Of a DNA stretch of 64,000 bases, positions 50,439 to 62,282 are shown piece by piece (positions within the stretch are counted from its first letter, which is position 1; each line of letters opens with the position of its first letter). A program made the translations under genes and the position numbers. The notes under the pieces are model-generated. The model was not told where the DNA came from. It ran no database searches and saw nothing but the letters and a program-made list of their open reading frames with translations. The DNA lies in NCBI GenBank assembly GCA_963703315.1, contig OY969811.1:2720001-2784000 (forward strand), written 5' to 3'. This DNA is from an uncultured cyanobacterium (GTDB lineage Bacteria; Cyanobacteriota; Cyanobacteriia; Pseudanabaenales; Pseudanabaenaceae).

Positions 50439-53400
50439 GCAGCGATCGCGATCGCCTGTCATCGCCAGAGCCGTAAGTGCAATAATCGGAATATTTGCCG
50501 TTTCTGGATTAGCTCGAATTAGTTTGATTGCCGTCAAACCATCCATTTCAGGCATTTGAATATCCATCAATATAATATCTGGCTTTAAAGCGATCGCCAT
50601 ATCCACAGCTATTTTCCCATTAGACGCGGTACTTACTTGATAACTCCTACCTTCTAAATAACTACGGGTGGTTTCCACATTGGCAGTATTATCGTCAGCA
50701 ATAAGAATTGTATAAGGGGTATCTCTATTGCCTGAGTGTTCTGAAGGTTCAGATATCGCAGATTGTAGGTCTATTGGATGATTAGTAGATGAATTAGTTT
50801 GGTATGGAATCCTAATCATAAATTTGCTGCCTTTGTTGAATTCACTTTCAAGCCCAACTGAGCCTCCATGCATTTCCACGATCTTTTTCACCAAAGATAA
50901 ACCTAGCCCAGTACCTCCGTACTTACGATTGAGAGCGCTATCGATTTGGACAAAGTTTTGAAAGAGCTTATCGATATCTTCTGATTTAATACCAATGCCT
51001 GTATCGATTACGAGAAAATCAATATAAACTTTGTTCTCTCCCTCTTCACCAGCAATTTCAGTCAGTTTGACTTCCAAAGTGACATTCCCGCCATCGGGTG
51101 TGAACTTTACAGCATTTGTGAGTAGATTGATTAATGCTTGACGCATCCGTAATTCATCAACTTGAATATAAGCAAATTGAGTTTGTTTGACGCGATCGGG
51201 AATATTGAAAATTAGTTGAATATTCTTTTTATGAGCTAGTTGTTTTATAAAAACAAAACTATCACTACAGAGTCTCTCTATCCCTGTGTTTTCAATATGT
51301 AATTCCAATTTTCCAGATTCTATTTTAGCAAGATCGAGAATATCCGTGATCAGTGCTAATAAATGCTGACCGCCAGATTCAATAGTATTAACTGCTTTTT
51401 TTTGTCGATCGCTTAATTCTCCCAAAATGCCATCTTGCAAAACCTCTGACATTCCCAAAATTGCATTTAGAGGCGTGCGTAATTCATGGCTCATATTGGC
51501 AAGAAACTCGTCCTTGAGTCGGGTTGCTCTAGCTAGTTCAATATTTGCGAGAGCTAGGCTGTCATTATTTTTTTCTAGTTGTATTTCGATTTGTTTGCGC
51601 TCTTCCAGTTCTAATTGAGCTTGATGATATAAATCGGCTTGTTGAATGGCGATCGCTAGTTGTGAAGCAATCTGAGTTGCTAAATCGATCTCAATCTGTT
51701 GCCATTGACGAGGGTGAGAACATTGATTGATGCATAGCAATCCCCATAGGGTTTCACCTTTTAAGCCTTGGAATATGGGAACTACCAGTTCGGCACGGAC
51801 TTGAAAATGCTGGAGAATCGCTAGATGTGAGTCTGGTAGCGCAGATGCGTTGATATCGGAAATATGCTCTATTTTGCCAGATTGGTAATAAGGGGCAAAC
51901 TTAGGGCCGCAGTCATTCTTAATTGACTCTTCATACATACTGATTGAGCATTCCCTCATTTCTTCAGCAACAAACACACCATCACTAAGATTGGATTCGG
52001 GATCGAAACAGAAAATACTCACTCGTTCGACCTTGAGTAATTGTTGCAGTTCTGAGACTACGGTATTAAAAATAATTGGCAACTCAATGGATTCGCGGAT
52101 ACGTTGGGTTATTTCTCGTAAAGACTTCTCCCATTCGGCTCGTCTAACGATCTCGGCTTCTGCTTTTTTGAGATCAGTGATATCAATGGCGATCGCAACT
52201 ACAACATCATCATCGCTATGATCCTCAATGATCGCGCCACTCAGCAATACAGGAACTCGACTCCCATCCTTCCGAATATATTCCTTTTGATAGGGCCTGG
52301 TAAAACCGAATTCATGTAATTCCTGTATGGCAGTCTCATCAAGATGCTGAAACTCAGACGGAGTAATCTCATCCCAACGCAATAAGCCATTTTCCATATC
52401 TTCAGGAGTATAGCCAATCATCTGCAAAAAACGACTGTTGGCGCTGAGTATTTTCCCAGTTAATGTCGCGATTAAAGTTCCTGCGGCATCGGACTCAAAT
52501 AAGCGGCGGAACCGATGCTCACTGTTCTTAAGTTCGGTAGTGCGTTGTTCGACCCGAAATTCTAATTCGTGATTTAGCTGGTTTAGGGCATATTCGGCTT
52601 GTTCTTTTTCATATAGTTCGATTTGCAACTGATGATAGAGAGAGGCTTGGGAAATGGCGATCGCCAACTGATTGCTGACCTGATGAAAAAACTCTATTTC
52701 CCAATCCTGCCAATGGTGTTCGGTATGATGATGGGCAACTAGTAAACCCCAGAGGCTATTTTCATTCTTGAGAACTGGCGCAACTAATTTTGCTTTGACA
52801 CCCAAACTATGCATAAATTCATTAAGACAGGGAGCCATTTCATAATTATCGCAATTATCGACATGATGCACTTTGCCTTCGATATAGATTTGGTAGGTCT
52901 CGCGAGGAAATACTTCCGAAGAGAATACAGTGCCTAAGACTTTATCTAAATTTTCATTTACCGATTCCGCAACGGCTTTCCCTGTGCCATCGTCAAATAT
53001 TTGATAGGCTAAAACTCGGTCAATGCCCAAAATTCGCATTAATTCTTGAACTGTCGTATCTAGTATTTGAGAGAGATCTAGAGACTGGCGAATATTGAGC
53101 GTTAATTCAGACACCATTCTCTCTCGTTCGATCTGCTGGAGCAACTCTAATTCTGCTTGCTTGTGGAGCGTAATATCTTCTTTGACAGCTACATAATGGG
53201 TTATTTTACCATCACCATCTTTAATTGACGAAATTGAAGCCTGTTCCCAATAGAATTCGCCATTACGTTTTTTATTATGGAATTCTCCATGCCATTCAAG
53301 TCCATTGGAGAGCAGTTTCCACATATGGGCATATTCTTGAGGATGGGTTTCGCCTGATTTAAGGATACGCGGATTTTGACCGATTACATCTTCTGATGTA

Positions 53401-53969
53401 TAACCTGTTACTTCCTCAAATTTAGGATTTACATATTCAATATCCCCTTGCACATTTGTAATTATAATCGAGGCAGGGCTTTGTTCTGACACCTTAGACA
53501 GGATTCTAATTTGCGCTTCTGCTGCTTCCCGTTGAGCGATTTCTGCTTGAAGTTTTTGGTTTTGTTCAGCTAGGTCTTGACTGAGGTAACGCAGTTGTAA
53601 ATGCAACTCTAATCTAGCAATTAGTTCTTCTTCTTGAAATGGTTTGGTAATATAGTCTACTGCACCAAATTTAAGCCCTTTAACCTTATCGGCAGTACTG
53701 GCGAGCGCCGTCATAAAAATGATGGGAATATCACGAGTAACTTCAGACTGCTTAAGTCGTTGACAAGTTTCAAATCCATCAATTTCGGGCATGAGAATAT
53801 CTAGCAAGATCAGATCGGGCAGAGATTTGGTGATTTTTTGAATTCCACTCAGTCCATCCATCGCCACTAAAGTTTTATAGCCAAATGATTTTAAAGTCTC
53901 AGATAGAACCTTAACATTTGAGGAATTATCATCAATGATAAAAATGACTGGTGGCGTTTGAGATGACAT
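50436..53969 (-). CDS. Hybrid histidine kinase REC-PAS-GAF-PAS-GAF-HisKA-HATPase-REC, C-terminal receiver interrupted by ISAs1
   Basis: LLDILMP, GQNPRILKSG PAS, two GAFs, [14 protein letters not shown]; the stop is supplied by the IS end. Confidence 0.9.
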   Translation of the reverse strand: MSSQTPPVIFIIDDNSSNVKVLSETLKSFGYKTLVAMDGLSGIQKITKSLPDLILLDILMPEIDGFETCQRLKQSEVTRDIPIIFMTALASTADKVKGLKFGAVDYITKPFQEEELIARLELHLQLRYLSQDLAEQNQKLQAEIAQREAAEAQIRILSKVSEQSPASIIITNVQGDIEYVNPKFEEVTGYTSEDVIGQNPRILKSGETHPQEYAHMWKLLSNGLEWHGEFHNKKRNGEFYWEQASISSIKDGDGKITHYVAVKEDITLHKQAELELLQQIERERMVSELTLNIRQSLDLSQILDTTVQELMRILGIDRVLAYQIFDDGTGKAVAESVNENLDKVLGTVFSSEVFPRETYQIYIEGKVHHVDNCDNYEMAPCLNEFMHSLGVKAKLVAPVLKNENSLWGLLVAHHHTEHHWQDWEIEFFHQVSNQLAIAISQASLYHQLQIELYEKEQAEYALNQLNHELEFRVEQRTTELKNSEHRFRRLFESDAAGTLIATLTGKILSANSRFLQMIGYTPEDMENGLLRWDEITPSEFQHLDETAIQELHEFGFTRPYQKEYIRKDGSRVPVLLSGAIIEDHSDDDVVVAIAIDITDLKKAEAEIVRRAEWEKSLREITQRIRESIELPIIFNTVVSELQQLLKVERVSIFCFDPESNLSDGVFVAEEMRECSISMYEESIKNDCGPKFAPYYQSGKIEHISDINASALPDSHLAILQHFQVRAELVVPIFQGLKGETLWGLLCINQCSHPRQWQQIEIDLATQIASQLAIAIQQADLYHQAQLELEERKQIEIQLEKNNDSLALANIELARATRLKDEFLANMSHELRTPLNAILGMSEVLQDGILGELSDRQKKAVNTIESGGQHLLALITDILDLAKIESGKLELHIENTGIERLCSDSFVFIKQLAHKKNIQLIFNIPDRVKQTQFAYIQVDELRMRQALINLLTNAVKFTPDGGNVTLEVKLTEIAGEEGENKVYIDFLVIDTGIGIKSEDIDKLFQNFVQIDSALNRKYGGTGLGLSLVKKIVEMHGGSVGLESEFNKGSKFMIRIPYQTNSSTNHPIDLQSAISEPSEHSGNRDTPYTILIADDNTANVETTRSYLEGRSYQVSTASNGKIAVDMAIALKPDIILMDIQMPEMDGLTAIKLIRANPETANIPIIALTALAMTGDRDRC

Positions 53970-54009
53970 ATTATTCGCGCTCTTGGTGTGTTGGGGGAAT
54001 GGAGAAATA

Positions 54010-57000
54010 TTACGGTTCCTTAGAAGAACGATCGCTTGTTATGTCCTGTAACAATTGTAGAATAGCCTGTTCATCAAAAGCCTGAGCTAAGGCTAGTAAT
54101 TTATTGGCAAAACCTTGATATTGCGGATCAAGTTGACTAATTCTCCGAGATTCTTGCTCGATCGCACTAAAATCACCAACATCCAAAGCCTTGAAAATTC
54201 CTTCTAATTCAGATGCTTCTGGCATAACTAGGCGATCGCTGCCATTCGTCACAGATTTTATTGGTGGCAATGAATCCTCATAGATCCAAATTAGTTGGAG
54301 ATGTTCTTGCAACTTATTCAAGAGAATAGTCGAATCAATTGGTTTTGCTAAAAAATCATTGCAACCAGCCATATTACTTCTGATTTTTTCCGCTTCTAGG
54401 ACGCTTGCCGAGAGAGAAAGAATCGGGATCTGTTGAAATTCAGGCATCATTCTTAACCTGCGGGTCATTTCAAAGCCGTCAAGTTCAGGCATCACCAAAT
54501 CAGTAATGATCAAATCTACGGCATTTGTTTGCGCCATTGATATACCACTATTGCCATTATCCGCTTCTAGCACTGTAAAGCCTATGGGTTCTAGTAAATG
54601 TTTGATTACAACTCGATTGACCCAGCGATCGTCAACTGCCAAGATTGTCAACCTTCGACCTTTATAGCCTGTAATCTTTCCGTAATTTTCGCTGTTGGAA
54701 TTGCTATTGCTAATTTGAGAATCAATAGCTTCGGCTTTAGGTAGTTCTAAGTCAAACCAAAAGCGACTACCTTGATTTAGCTCACTTTCAACTTGTAACT
54801 TGCCACCCAGCATGGCTACTAATCTTTGAGAGATCGCTAATCCTAAACCAGTACCTTCGGGACGATTATTGCGATCGCCTACCTGTTCAAAGGGTAGAAA
54901 TATCTTTTCGAGATTTTCAACAGAAATACCCTTGCCAGTATCAGCAATCATGAAACGTATTTTCGGTGAAAGTTGATCTGCCAAAGGTTTATCTAATGGC
55001 GCTAAATCGACATTGAGCGCAACATGACCACTATCGGTAAATTTGATCGCATTGCCTAAAAGATTGAGCAAGATTTGACGTAACCTTTGCTCGTCTGTAA
55101 TTACATGTTCGGGAATGCGATCGGAAAATTCATACAAAAACGAGATTCCTTTCTCTTTAGCCTTGACCTGACAGATCAGCGCAACTCCTATTAACAGATT
55201 TGGTAAGGAAATTACTTTTGGGAACAGCTCTAGTTTTTTCGCCTCAATTTTTGATAAGTCCAAAATCTCAGCGATCAAATCTAGTAAATGCGATCCACAT
55301 TGCTGAATTACATTAACGCCGTCAATTTGTTTGGCGGTTGCATCTGGATCGCGTTGCAAAATTTGAGCATAGCCCAAGATGCCATTGAGAGGTGTTCGCA
55401 ATTCATGGCTCATGCTTGCCAAAAAATCACTTTTAGCTTGGTTCGCAGCTTCCGCTTGTTCTTTAGCTTTGGCAAGGGCTATCTCGTTAGCTTTGCGATC
55501 GGTAATATCTGCTGCCATCGAAATGATCGTCTTTCTGCCATCAGCAATGCGTCCTAATGGGGCAGAAGCAAAACTCCAAATTAGCTTAGAGCCATCTTTT
55601 GTTGTGACCTCAATTTCACCTTCATCGCGTTTATCTGTGATTGTATAGATATCTTGAACGATCTCTTGAACATGTTCTACAGATAAATGATTCTGGCTAT
55701 AGGCTTTAGCGATCCAATCGCCAATAGTAGGGATGTCTTCAATACTATAGCCAGTGAGTTCTGTCCAAACTTGATTGATTTGTAACACTTGACCATCTTC
55801 AGCGTGGAAAATAATTGGGAATGGAGCATTTGTAATGGCTAGGCTCAGTCTTTCTTCGCTATTTTTGAGAGCCAATTCGGAAGCTTTGCGATCAGTGATA
55901 TCCATTGCTATTGAAATAACGGTACGTCTACCATCGACAATCCGTCCTAAAGGAGCAGAAGCAAAATCCCATATTCTTTTAGAGCCGTCTTTTGCTGTGA
56001 TTTCATATTCACCTTCTTTGCGCTTTTCATTCATAGCGTAGAGAGTGGTGATGTAGTCTTGGACGACAGATTTTTGAATACCATAGGCTCTTAAAGTCCA
56101 GTCTTCTATCGTGGGAATATCTTCAATACTATAGCCACTAAACTCAGTCCAAGCCTCGTTGATTTGTAATATCTGTCCACCTTCAGCGTGAACAATGATC
56201 GGAAAAGGCGCGGAAAAGATGGTTTTACGCATTCTCTCTTCACTTTCTTGGAGGGCTAACTCGATCTGTTTTTGTTCGGTGACATCCATTGCCATTCCAA
56301 TGAGCAACTGTTTGTCATCGCTAATATCTGAGAGCATGGCTGAGTCAAATCTCCAAATGCGCGGCGATCCATCGGCAGCAATAACTTCAATTTCCTTCGT
56401 TTCTAGGCTGTTTCTATTGCTACGCTCCAAGTTACAGGCTAAGGTCTTGAGGTCTAGTAATTTTTCCTCACAGAATCGATCTGTCCATGCGGTTATTTCT
56501 CTAATGTCGCGATCGGCATATCCTGATTGATCGATCCAAGCGCGATTTATTTGGATGGGCTTGAGATTACTTGAATATAGAATGATCGGAAATGGTGCAT
56601 TCACCAACGCCAAGCGAAACCTCTCCTCACTTTGGAGCAAGGTTAATTCTACTTGTTTACGGAGTTTTTCCGATTCATTAAGGCGGAGTGCTAAACAGAC
56701 ATCTTCCGTTAACTCTATTAGTAACTTCTCGACATCATCACTAAAAAAACCTATTTCAGAAGAACAGAATGATAGTACACCGACCACTTGACGATCAAAA
56801 GATAAAGGAAATACCCCATTAGATTGAATGTTATGTTTTTGAGCGATCGCTTGCCATGTCGATGTGGGAGGAACGCTTGTCAAATCATTGGTTATAATAA
56901 TGCGATTTTCTCTAATCGCCCTACTATAAGGACTGAGACTAGTCTCTGAGTTAGGATCGATTAAAATTTGAATTTCTTGGGTATAGGAGATTTCCTTACC

Positions 57001-58641
57001 TGCTGAGGCTACTACTTCTAGCATTTGCGTTTGATGATTTGGCATACCCACCCAAGCCAGTTGAAATCCGCCATAGTCGATCGCAATTTGACAGATTGCG
57101 GGTAATAGCTGCTGAGGATCTTGAATCCGAACGATCGCTTCATTCGCCTTACTTAAAAATGTATAGAGTTTGGTGGAGCGTTCAAGTTGATATTGGATCT
57201 TGAGCAAATTGGTCAAGTCTTGAACGAATATGAAAAAACATCCATTATTTTTTTTTGCAAAATAAGAAGCACCAAGTTGCACGTCAATAATATCGCCATT
57301 CTTATGTTTCCATTTTTGCTGTAAGCGCTGTTTTTTCATGGCGAGGATATTGGCGACAAATTCTTCAGGCTGAAAGTCCTCACCGACCACCAAATCAAAA
57401 ATAGTCAAAGACAATAATTCATCGGTACTGTAACCTGCGATCTCCTCAAACGACTTATTTACTTCGATAAATTTACCATCGCGATCGATCATGGCATAGC
57501 CATCAATGGAAGTCTCAATCGCCGTGGCATAACGCGAGGCATTCTCGGCAACGATCTCGACACGTTCTAATTCAGCTTTTTGATTCAAGGCTATTAGCGC
57601 GATTTGCCCAGATTTTCTAACTTGGTAAGTGGTATACAGCAATATCCCGATGAGCAAGATCGTCAGACTGCTAATCGTAATTAGTAACCTTTGTAAGGGC
57701 TCATTTGCCTCACTGCTATCAATTTTTGAGATCATCACCCAATTTGTGTTTGGGACTTTGATTGCAGTTGCTAGTACTAGTTTATTACGATAGTCAAAGC
57801 CCTCTAGGATGAGTGGAGATATAGGCGATCTAAGCGCCTGCGCTGCAAAAAGTTGGGGATAATCTAGCGGTAAAGTAAATTCTAAATCAGGATCTTTTCG
57901 ATGGCGGAGAGGGGTGAGAAATCTGACAATGTCTTTTTCTTGACGTACTAACTGAGTTTCGGCAGAGTGACTTGATGTCGGCGAAAAGGCTAATAGCGGA
58001 AATAAATAATTATTTGGATCGGCTTCTAGATACACTGCTCCCACTAATACTTTTTGGTTCTTGTCATAGACTGGGGATAATATGCCATATACGGCTTTTT
58101 TACCTTTACTTGTCTCAATCAAAGCGAGATCGATGAGTTGTGGTTCGACGAAAATATTAGGAGTAGATTGGAGCTTTTGTTGAAAGGTAATGGCAACTTC
58201 TGCGGGTAAGTCTGAATCTTCTGAGGAATTCCCAACAGCTTTGCCTTCACGATTTAGCAAAACAATTCTCTGATAGCCATACTCTGATTTTGTGGCGATG
58301 ACCGCAGGTGCTAGGGTGGCGGCAATAGCTTTGGAGGCTGCATCTTGATTAGGGTTGTCACTGGCTTCGATGGTCAATCTCACCGATGGTCTAGCCGCAA
58401 AAATTCCCGCATCACCTTTACGCTCTCTCAGCCATTTTTCGATATGATTCGCTTTTAATTGGGCGATCGCTAACAAATTTTCTTCAGTATTTTGTTGTAT
58501 CTGCGCCCCAAACCACTGGAAAGCCCAGAAACCACCGCCTAGTATTCCTGCTAAAGCGATCGCTAAACCAATAAACAAACTTTGGCTATCTGAACGCTTG
58601 GGTTGAATAATTTGCTTGTCTTTAAGTAATTCTTGTAGCAT
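54010..58641 (-). CDS. Membrane hybrid histidine kinase (TM-Cache-like-TM-PAS-GAF-3xPAS-HisKA-HATPase-REC)
   Basis: Two TM helices, repeated APFPII...QIN..W...GYS.EDIPTI modules, [21 protein letters not shown]. Confidence 0.9.
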   Translation of the reverse strand: MLQELLKDKQIIQPKRSDSQSLFIGLAIALAGILGGGFWAFQWFGAQIQQNTEENLLAIAQLKANHIEKWLRERKGDAGIFAARPSVRLTIEASDNPNQDAASKAIAATLAPAVIATKSEYGYQRIVLLNREGKAVGNSSEDSDLPAEVAITFQQKLQSTPNIFVEPQLIDLALIETSKGKKAVYGILSPVYDKNQKVLVGAVYLEADPNNYLFPLLAFSPTSSHSAETQLVRQEKDIVRFLTPLRHRKDPDLEFTLPLDYPQLFAAQALRSPISPLILEGFDYRNKLVLATAIKVPNTNWVMISKIDSSEANEPLQRLLITISSLTILLIGILLYTTYQVRKSGQIALIALNQKAELERVEIVAENASRYATAIETSIDGYAMIDRDGKFIEVNKSFEEIAGYSTDELLSLTIFDLVVGEDFQPEEFVANILAMKKQRLQQKWKHKNGDIIDVQLGASYFAKKNNGCFFIFVQDLTNLLKIQYQLERSTKLYTFLSKANEAIVRIQDPQQLLPAICQIAIDYGGFQLAWVGMPNHQTQMLEVVASAGKEISYTQEIQILIDPNSETSLSPYSRAIRENRIIITNDLTSVPPTSTWQAIAQKHNIQSNGVFPLSFDRQVVGVLSFCSSEIGFFSDDVEKLLIELTEDVCLALRLNESEKLRKQVELTLLQSEERFRLALVNAPFPIILYSSNLKPIQINRAWIDQSGYADRDIREITAWTDRFCEEKLLDLKTLACNLERSNRNSLETKEIEVIAADGSPRIWRFDSAMLSDISDDKQLLIGMAMDVTEQKQIELALQESEERMRKTIFSAPFPIIVHAEGGQILQINEAWTEFSGYSIEDIPTIEDWTLRAYGIQKSVVQDYITTLYAMNEKRKEGEYEITAKDGSKRIWDFASAPLGRIVDGRRTVISIAMDITDRKASELALKNSEERLSLAITNAPFPIIFHAEDGQVLQINQVWTELTGYSIEDIPTIGDWIAKAYSQNHLSVEHVQEIVQDIYTITDKRDEGEIEVTTKDGSKLIWSFASAPLGRIADGRKTIISMAADITDRKANEIALAKAKEQAEAANQAKSDFLASMSHELRTPLNGILGYAQILQRDPDATAKQIDGVNVIQQCGSHLLDLIAEILDLSKIEAKKLELFPKVISLPNLLIGVALICQVKAKEKGISFLYEFSDRIPEHVITDEQRLRQILLNLLGNAIKFTDSGHVALNVDLAPLDKPLADQLSPKIRFMIADTGKGISVENLEKIFLPFEQVGDRNNRPEGTGLGLAISQRLVAMLGGKLQVESELNQGSRFWFDLELPKAEAIDSQISNSNSNSENYGKITGYKGRRLTILAVDDRWVNRVVIKHLLEPIGFTVLEADNGNSGISMAQTNAVDLIITDLVMPELDGFEMTRRLRMMPEFQQIPILSLSASVLEAEKIRSNMAGCNDFLAKPIDSTILLNKLQEHLQLIWIYEDSLPPIKSVTNGSDRLVMPEASELEGIFKALDVGDFSAIEQESRRISQLDPQYQGFANKLLALAQAFDEQAILQLLQDITSDRSSKEP

Positions 58642-58655
58642 TCTCTCACCGAATC

Positions 58656-58728
58656 CTTTTTCTAGTAATATCTTTTTCTAGTAATATCTTTTTCTAGTAA
58701 TATCTTTTTCTAGTAATATCTTTTTCTA
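58656..58728. repeat. Tandem 16-bp repeat (4.5 copies) over the DGC stop codon
   Basis: ctttttctagtaatat x4 plus ctttttcta. Confidence 0.9.
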
Positions 58729-60442
58729 CTTCTACGGTTGTTATGTAGCGATCGCGCCCTTGCTGCTTGGCTTGATAGAGAGCAGCATCGGTCATCTTAA
58801 TTAAGCCATCAACAAATAGATCGGCTGTAGGAATTAGGCAACTAATTCCCATGCTGACAGTAACAACATCACTAACTTTTGAATCTTGATGAGGAATGCA
58901 CAAGTCGCGGATCGCTTGTTGGATTGACTCAGCTACCATAATTGCACCATCTACATTGGTATTCGGCAGAACCACGACAAACTCCTCGCCGCCATAACGC
59001 GCAAATAGATCGGCTGGGCGTTTTAGTTGTTTTGCCGCAGTCTGAGCAACTTGAATCAAGCAAGTATCACCAGCTTGATGACCGTAGAAGTCGTTGTAAA
59101 ATTTAAAATAATCGATATCTAAAAGAATTAGCGATAAATATGCTTTTTCTCGCAATAACCTTTGCCATTCTATTTGGATTGTTTCGTCAAACCTGCGGCG
59201 GTTGGCGACTTGGGTTAAGCCATCGGTCAAGGCGATCGCCCGTTGATATTCTGCTTGCTGTTTGAGGATCTGTTGCGCTTGGTATTGTTCAGTCATATCC
59301 CCAAAAGAAGCTACGGCTGCATAGGGATGCTCTTGCTCGGGATGGAACAAGGGTTGAGAATTAATCGAGATCCAAGTGGTTGGCAAATCTTTGCGGCAAA
59401 TACCCATGATTACATTGGACTGACGCTCTCCAGTTTTAAGGGTGACTAAGGCAGGATGGGTTTCCGCAGGAAAATCTGAACCATCTTCGTGAATTGTCCG
59501 CCAATCAATATCAATTGAAGTCTTTCCCATCAGTTGATCGGCAGTTAATCCTAAAATCTTTTCGGCACTCTGATTACAGGAAATAATTTTGCCATCGGCT
59601 TGATGGAAAACCACGCCTTCGGCAAGACTAGCAATTACAGAACGGTTACGTTCTTCACTAGATTGAAGTTCCAGTTCTGCTCGTTTTAATGACGTGATAT
59701 TCCGAATTATGCCAACTCGGACTCGTTTATTCCTGTTTTTTATAACCGACTCTGTTAACATTCCATAGAAAGTTTGACAATAGGGAATTTCTACAGTTAT
59801 TTCAATTTCTGTGTCACAAATTGTTCCTTTGCAAGGATCAAACCTCATTCGTTGCGTTAGTTGTGGGCTTCCTAAAATATCAATCGCGCAAGCCGTAACA
59901 TTTTTGATTCCAATACCAAACAGTTCTCGTAGAGAGTCATTGACAAATAGTAATTTTCCATCCATTTCGGCGATATAAATGCTATCTTTAACGCTCTGGA
60001 TGGCACGGGTTAGTAATTCAAGCTCATCTTCCGCTTGCTTACGAGAGAGTGCTCTATCAACGGTGGCGGGTAAAACTTTGAGATAGTTGCGATCGGGATC
60101 TTTAATTAAATAGTCATAGGCTCCTTCTCCCATTAGCCTTGCGGCGGTCTCTTCATCACCACTGCCTGTAGAGATAATGAAGGGACAGTTTTGAGATTTT
60201 AAAACAGCAAATAGCTCGCTACAGACTCCATCACCGAGGTTGTAATCGAGAATTGCAATTTCAAAAGTTTGGGTAAGGAGAATTTTTTTGGCTTCGGTGA
60301 GTGAGCTAGCGATCGTGTAGTCGTAGGATAAGTCTAACTTTTTGACGGTGCGATTAAAGGCAAGGCGATCGATTTGATCGTCTTCCACGAACAAAATCTT
60401 AATCATGGGTAACTGAGATTCAGGATTCTTAGCTGTCGTCAT
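58694..60442 (-). CDS. Diguanylate cyclase REC-PAS-PAS-GGDEF
   Basis: DGLTQVANRR, DIDYFKFYND, RPAD I-site, RYGGEEF. Confidence 0.93.
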   Translation of the reverse strand: MTTAKNPESQLPMIKILFVEDDQIDRLAFNRTVKKLDLSYDYTIASSLTEAKKILLTQTFEIAILDYNLGDGVCSELFAVLKSQNCPFIISTGSGDEETAARLMGEGAYDYLIKDPDRNYLKVLPATVDRALSRKQAEDELELLTRAIQSVKDSIYIAEMDGKLLFVNDSLRELFGIGIKNVTACAIDILGSPQLTQRMRFDPCKGTICDTEIEITVEIPYCQTFYGMLTESVIKNRNKRVRVGIIRNITSLKRAELELQSSEERNRSVIASLAEGVVFHQADGKIISCNQSAEKILGLTADQLMGKTSIDIDWRTIHEDGSDFPAETHPALVTLKTGERQSNVIMGICRKDLPTTWISINSQPLFHPEQEHPYAAVASFGDMTEQYQAQQILKQQAEYQRAIALTDGLTQVANRRRFDETIQIEWQRLLREKAYLSLILLDIDYFKFYNDFYGHQAGDTCLIQVAQTAAKQLKRPADLFARYGGEEFVVVLPNTNVDGAIMVAESIQQAIRDLCIPHQDSKVSDVVTVSMGISCLIPTADLFVDGLIKMTDAALYQAKQQGRDRYITTVEVEKDITRKRYY

Positions 60443-60480
60443 TTAGTTTTGAGCGATTAGATATTATTTTAAGGAGCAGA

Positions 60481-60903
60481 TCAATTCATTAAATCGGGAA
60501 TCTCACTTAAACACCAATATTGATAAACAATCAGTAATTTTTCCACAAAATCAGGATAAGTTAGGGGCTTGATAATATAACCCGCAACACTTAGCTGGAA
60601 ACTGGCAAGCCGATCCTGTTCCTCTTGCGATGTGGTCAATACCACGACAGGAATTTTGCACAAATCGACATCGGCTTTGATAATTTTCAGAAACTCCAAC
60701 CCATTCATGCGTGGCATATTTAAATCTAATAGAATTAGCAATGGTTTAGGATTGGCTAGATCGCGTAAAAATTCTAGGGCGGATTCTCCATTGTTTCTAA
60801 TATGAAGAGGATTAGTCGCCTTAATGTCTTTTAAAGCGCGTTTGAGGGTCATCACATCTAATTGATCATCTTCTACGAGTAGAATTGGGTCAAAGCTTCT
60901 CAT
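60481..60903 (-). CDS. Single-domain response regulator
   Basis: LLVEDD, LLDLNMPRMNG, LTTS, YIIKP. Confidence 0.92.
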   Translation of the reverse strand: MRSFDPILLVEDDQLDVMTLKRALKDIKATNPLHIRNNGESALEFLRDLANPKPLLILLDLNMPRMNGLEFLKIIKADVDLCKIPVVVLTTSQEEQDRLASFQLSVAGYIIKPLTYPDFVEKLLIVYQYWCLSEIPDLMN

Positions 60904-62021
60904 GATTGAACCTCAGTCATATCTGCGATTATAGGTAACGTAAAGTAAAAAGTACTACCCTGATTAATTTCTGATTTTACCCAGATTTTACCACCATACA
61001 TTTCGACAATCTTCTTAGCGATCGCCAATCCCACCCCAGTACTTTCGGATTGATCGCGAGGTACAAGGGTTTGAAAGATCTGAAAGATTTTATCAAAATG
61101 TCGCTCTTCTATCCCAACTCCTGTATCACTGACATAAAATTCCCAAAATCCATTTTTTTCACTATGTCCGATGTGAATCTCGCCATCTGGTTTATCGATA
61201 TATTTGATCGCATTGCTCAGCAAATTTTGAAATAACTGGTGCATTCGCGTTTTTTCGGCAATTAGCTTTGGCAATTCAGTATCGATCGCAATCTTAATAC
61301 CTTTGGGCGGCGCGATCGCATCAATCACATCACGGACTAATGCTTGCAGATCGACTCCTGTTTTCTCCTCTTTAACACGACCGACACGGGAATATTGCAG
61401 CACCCCATCGATCAGATCGCTCATTCGCCGCACCCGTCCACCCATGAGATTCAACATCTCTTTGCCTTCATCATCAAGGCGATCGCCATAGTCATTTAGC
61501 ACCCAGTCAGAGAGGGATGCAATGCCCCGCAAGGGCGCTTTGAGATCGTGAGAAACAATATAGGCAAAGTCTTTGAGTTCTTGATTAACGGCTGCTAGTT
61601 CGGCAACTAATTGCAATTGCCGATTTTCAGAGCGTTTGCGCTCGATCGCATGGATAATTGAACGCTCTAATAACGTGGCACTTAAGAATCTGCCCTTGAC
61701 TAAATAATCCGATGCACCAGATTTCATGGCTTTTTGATCGATTTCACTATCACCTAGCCCTGTCAATAAAATGATCGGCTTATTACAGCCCATAGCGATC
61801 GCTTCTTCTAAAAGTTCTAAGCCATTGCCCTTGCCAAGTCGAAAGTCTAAGAGATATACATCATGCTGATTTTTACCAATCTCAATTAATCCATCATCGT
61901 AGTTATCGACCCAATTTAATTTAAAAGATAACTGCTCGGCTTCGTCCAAAAAATCACGAGTCACAATATAGTCATCTTCGTCATCATCGATAAGTAGAAC
62001 TTTACAGATATCTACGGTCAT
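60900..62021 (-). CDS. REC-HisKA-HATPase hybrid kinase
   Basis: LLDFRLG, FAYIVSHDLKAPLR, NAIKY, STGVGLA. Confidence 0.92.
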   Translation of the reverse strand: MTVDICKVLLIDDDEDDYIVTRDFLDEAEQLSFKLNWVDNYDDGLIEIGKNQHDVYLLDFRLGKGNGLELLEEAIAMGCNKPIILLTGLGDSEIDQKAMKSGASDYLVKGRFLSATLLERSIIHAIERKRSENRQLQLVAELAAVNQELKDFAYIVSHDLKAPLRGIASLSDWVLNDYGDRLDDEGKEMLNLMGGRVRRMSDLIDGVLQYSRVGRVKEEKTGVDLQALVRDVIDAIAPPKGIKIAIDTELPKLIAEKTRMHQLFQNLLSNAIKYIDKPDGEIHIGHSEKNGFWEFYVSDTGVGIEERHFDKIFQIFQTLVPRDQSESTGVGLAIAKKIVEMYGGKIWVKSEINQGSTFYFTLPIIADMTEVQS

Positions 62022-62282
62022 GGAGGGAAAACATTAAAAAATTAGAAAAAAACAGCAATGCGGTTTATTAAGTGCAAACAATGAATTAATTCAATTTATT
62101 TGAAGTATTAAATAGCAGGCATCATTAGAACTGTTACCTATTTTAACAAGAAACGTAACGCCCCTATCTACTTAGCTATTTACAAAAAATATCAAGATTT
62201 TAAAAAATCGTATCTAAAAAATTAGATAAATTCATTTCTTTTCGTATTTCATAAATGGCTAAAACAAATCCTCAACAAATTT

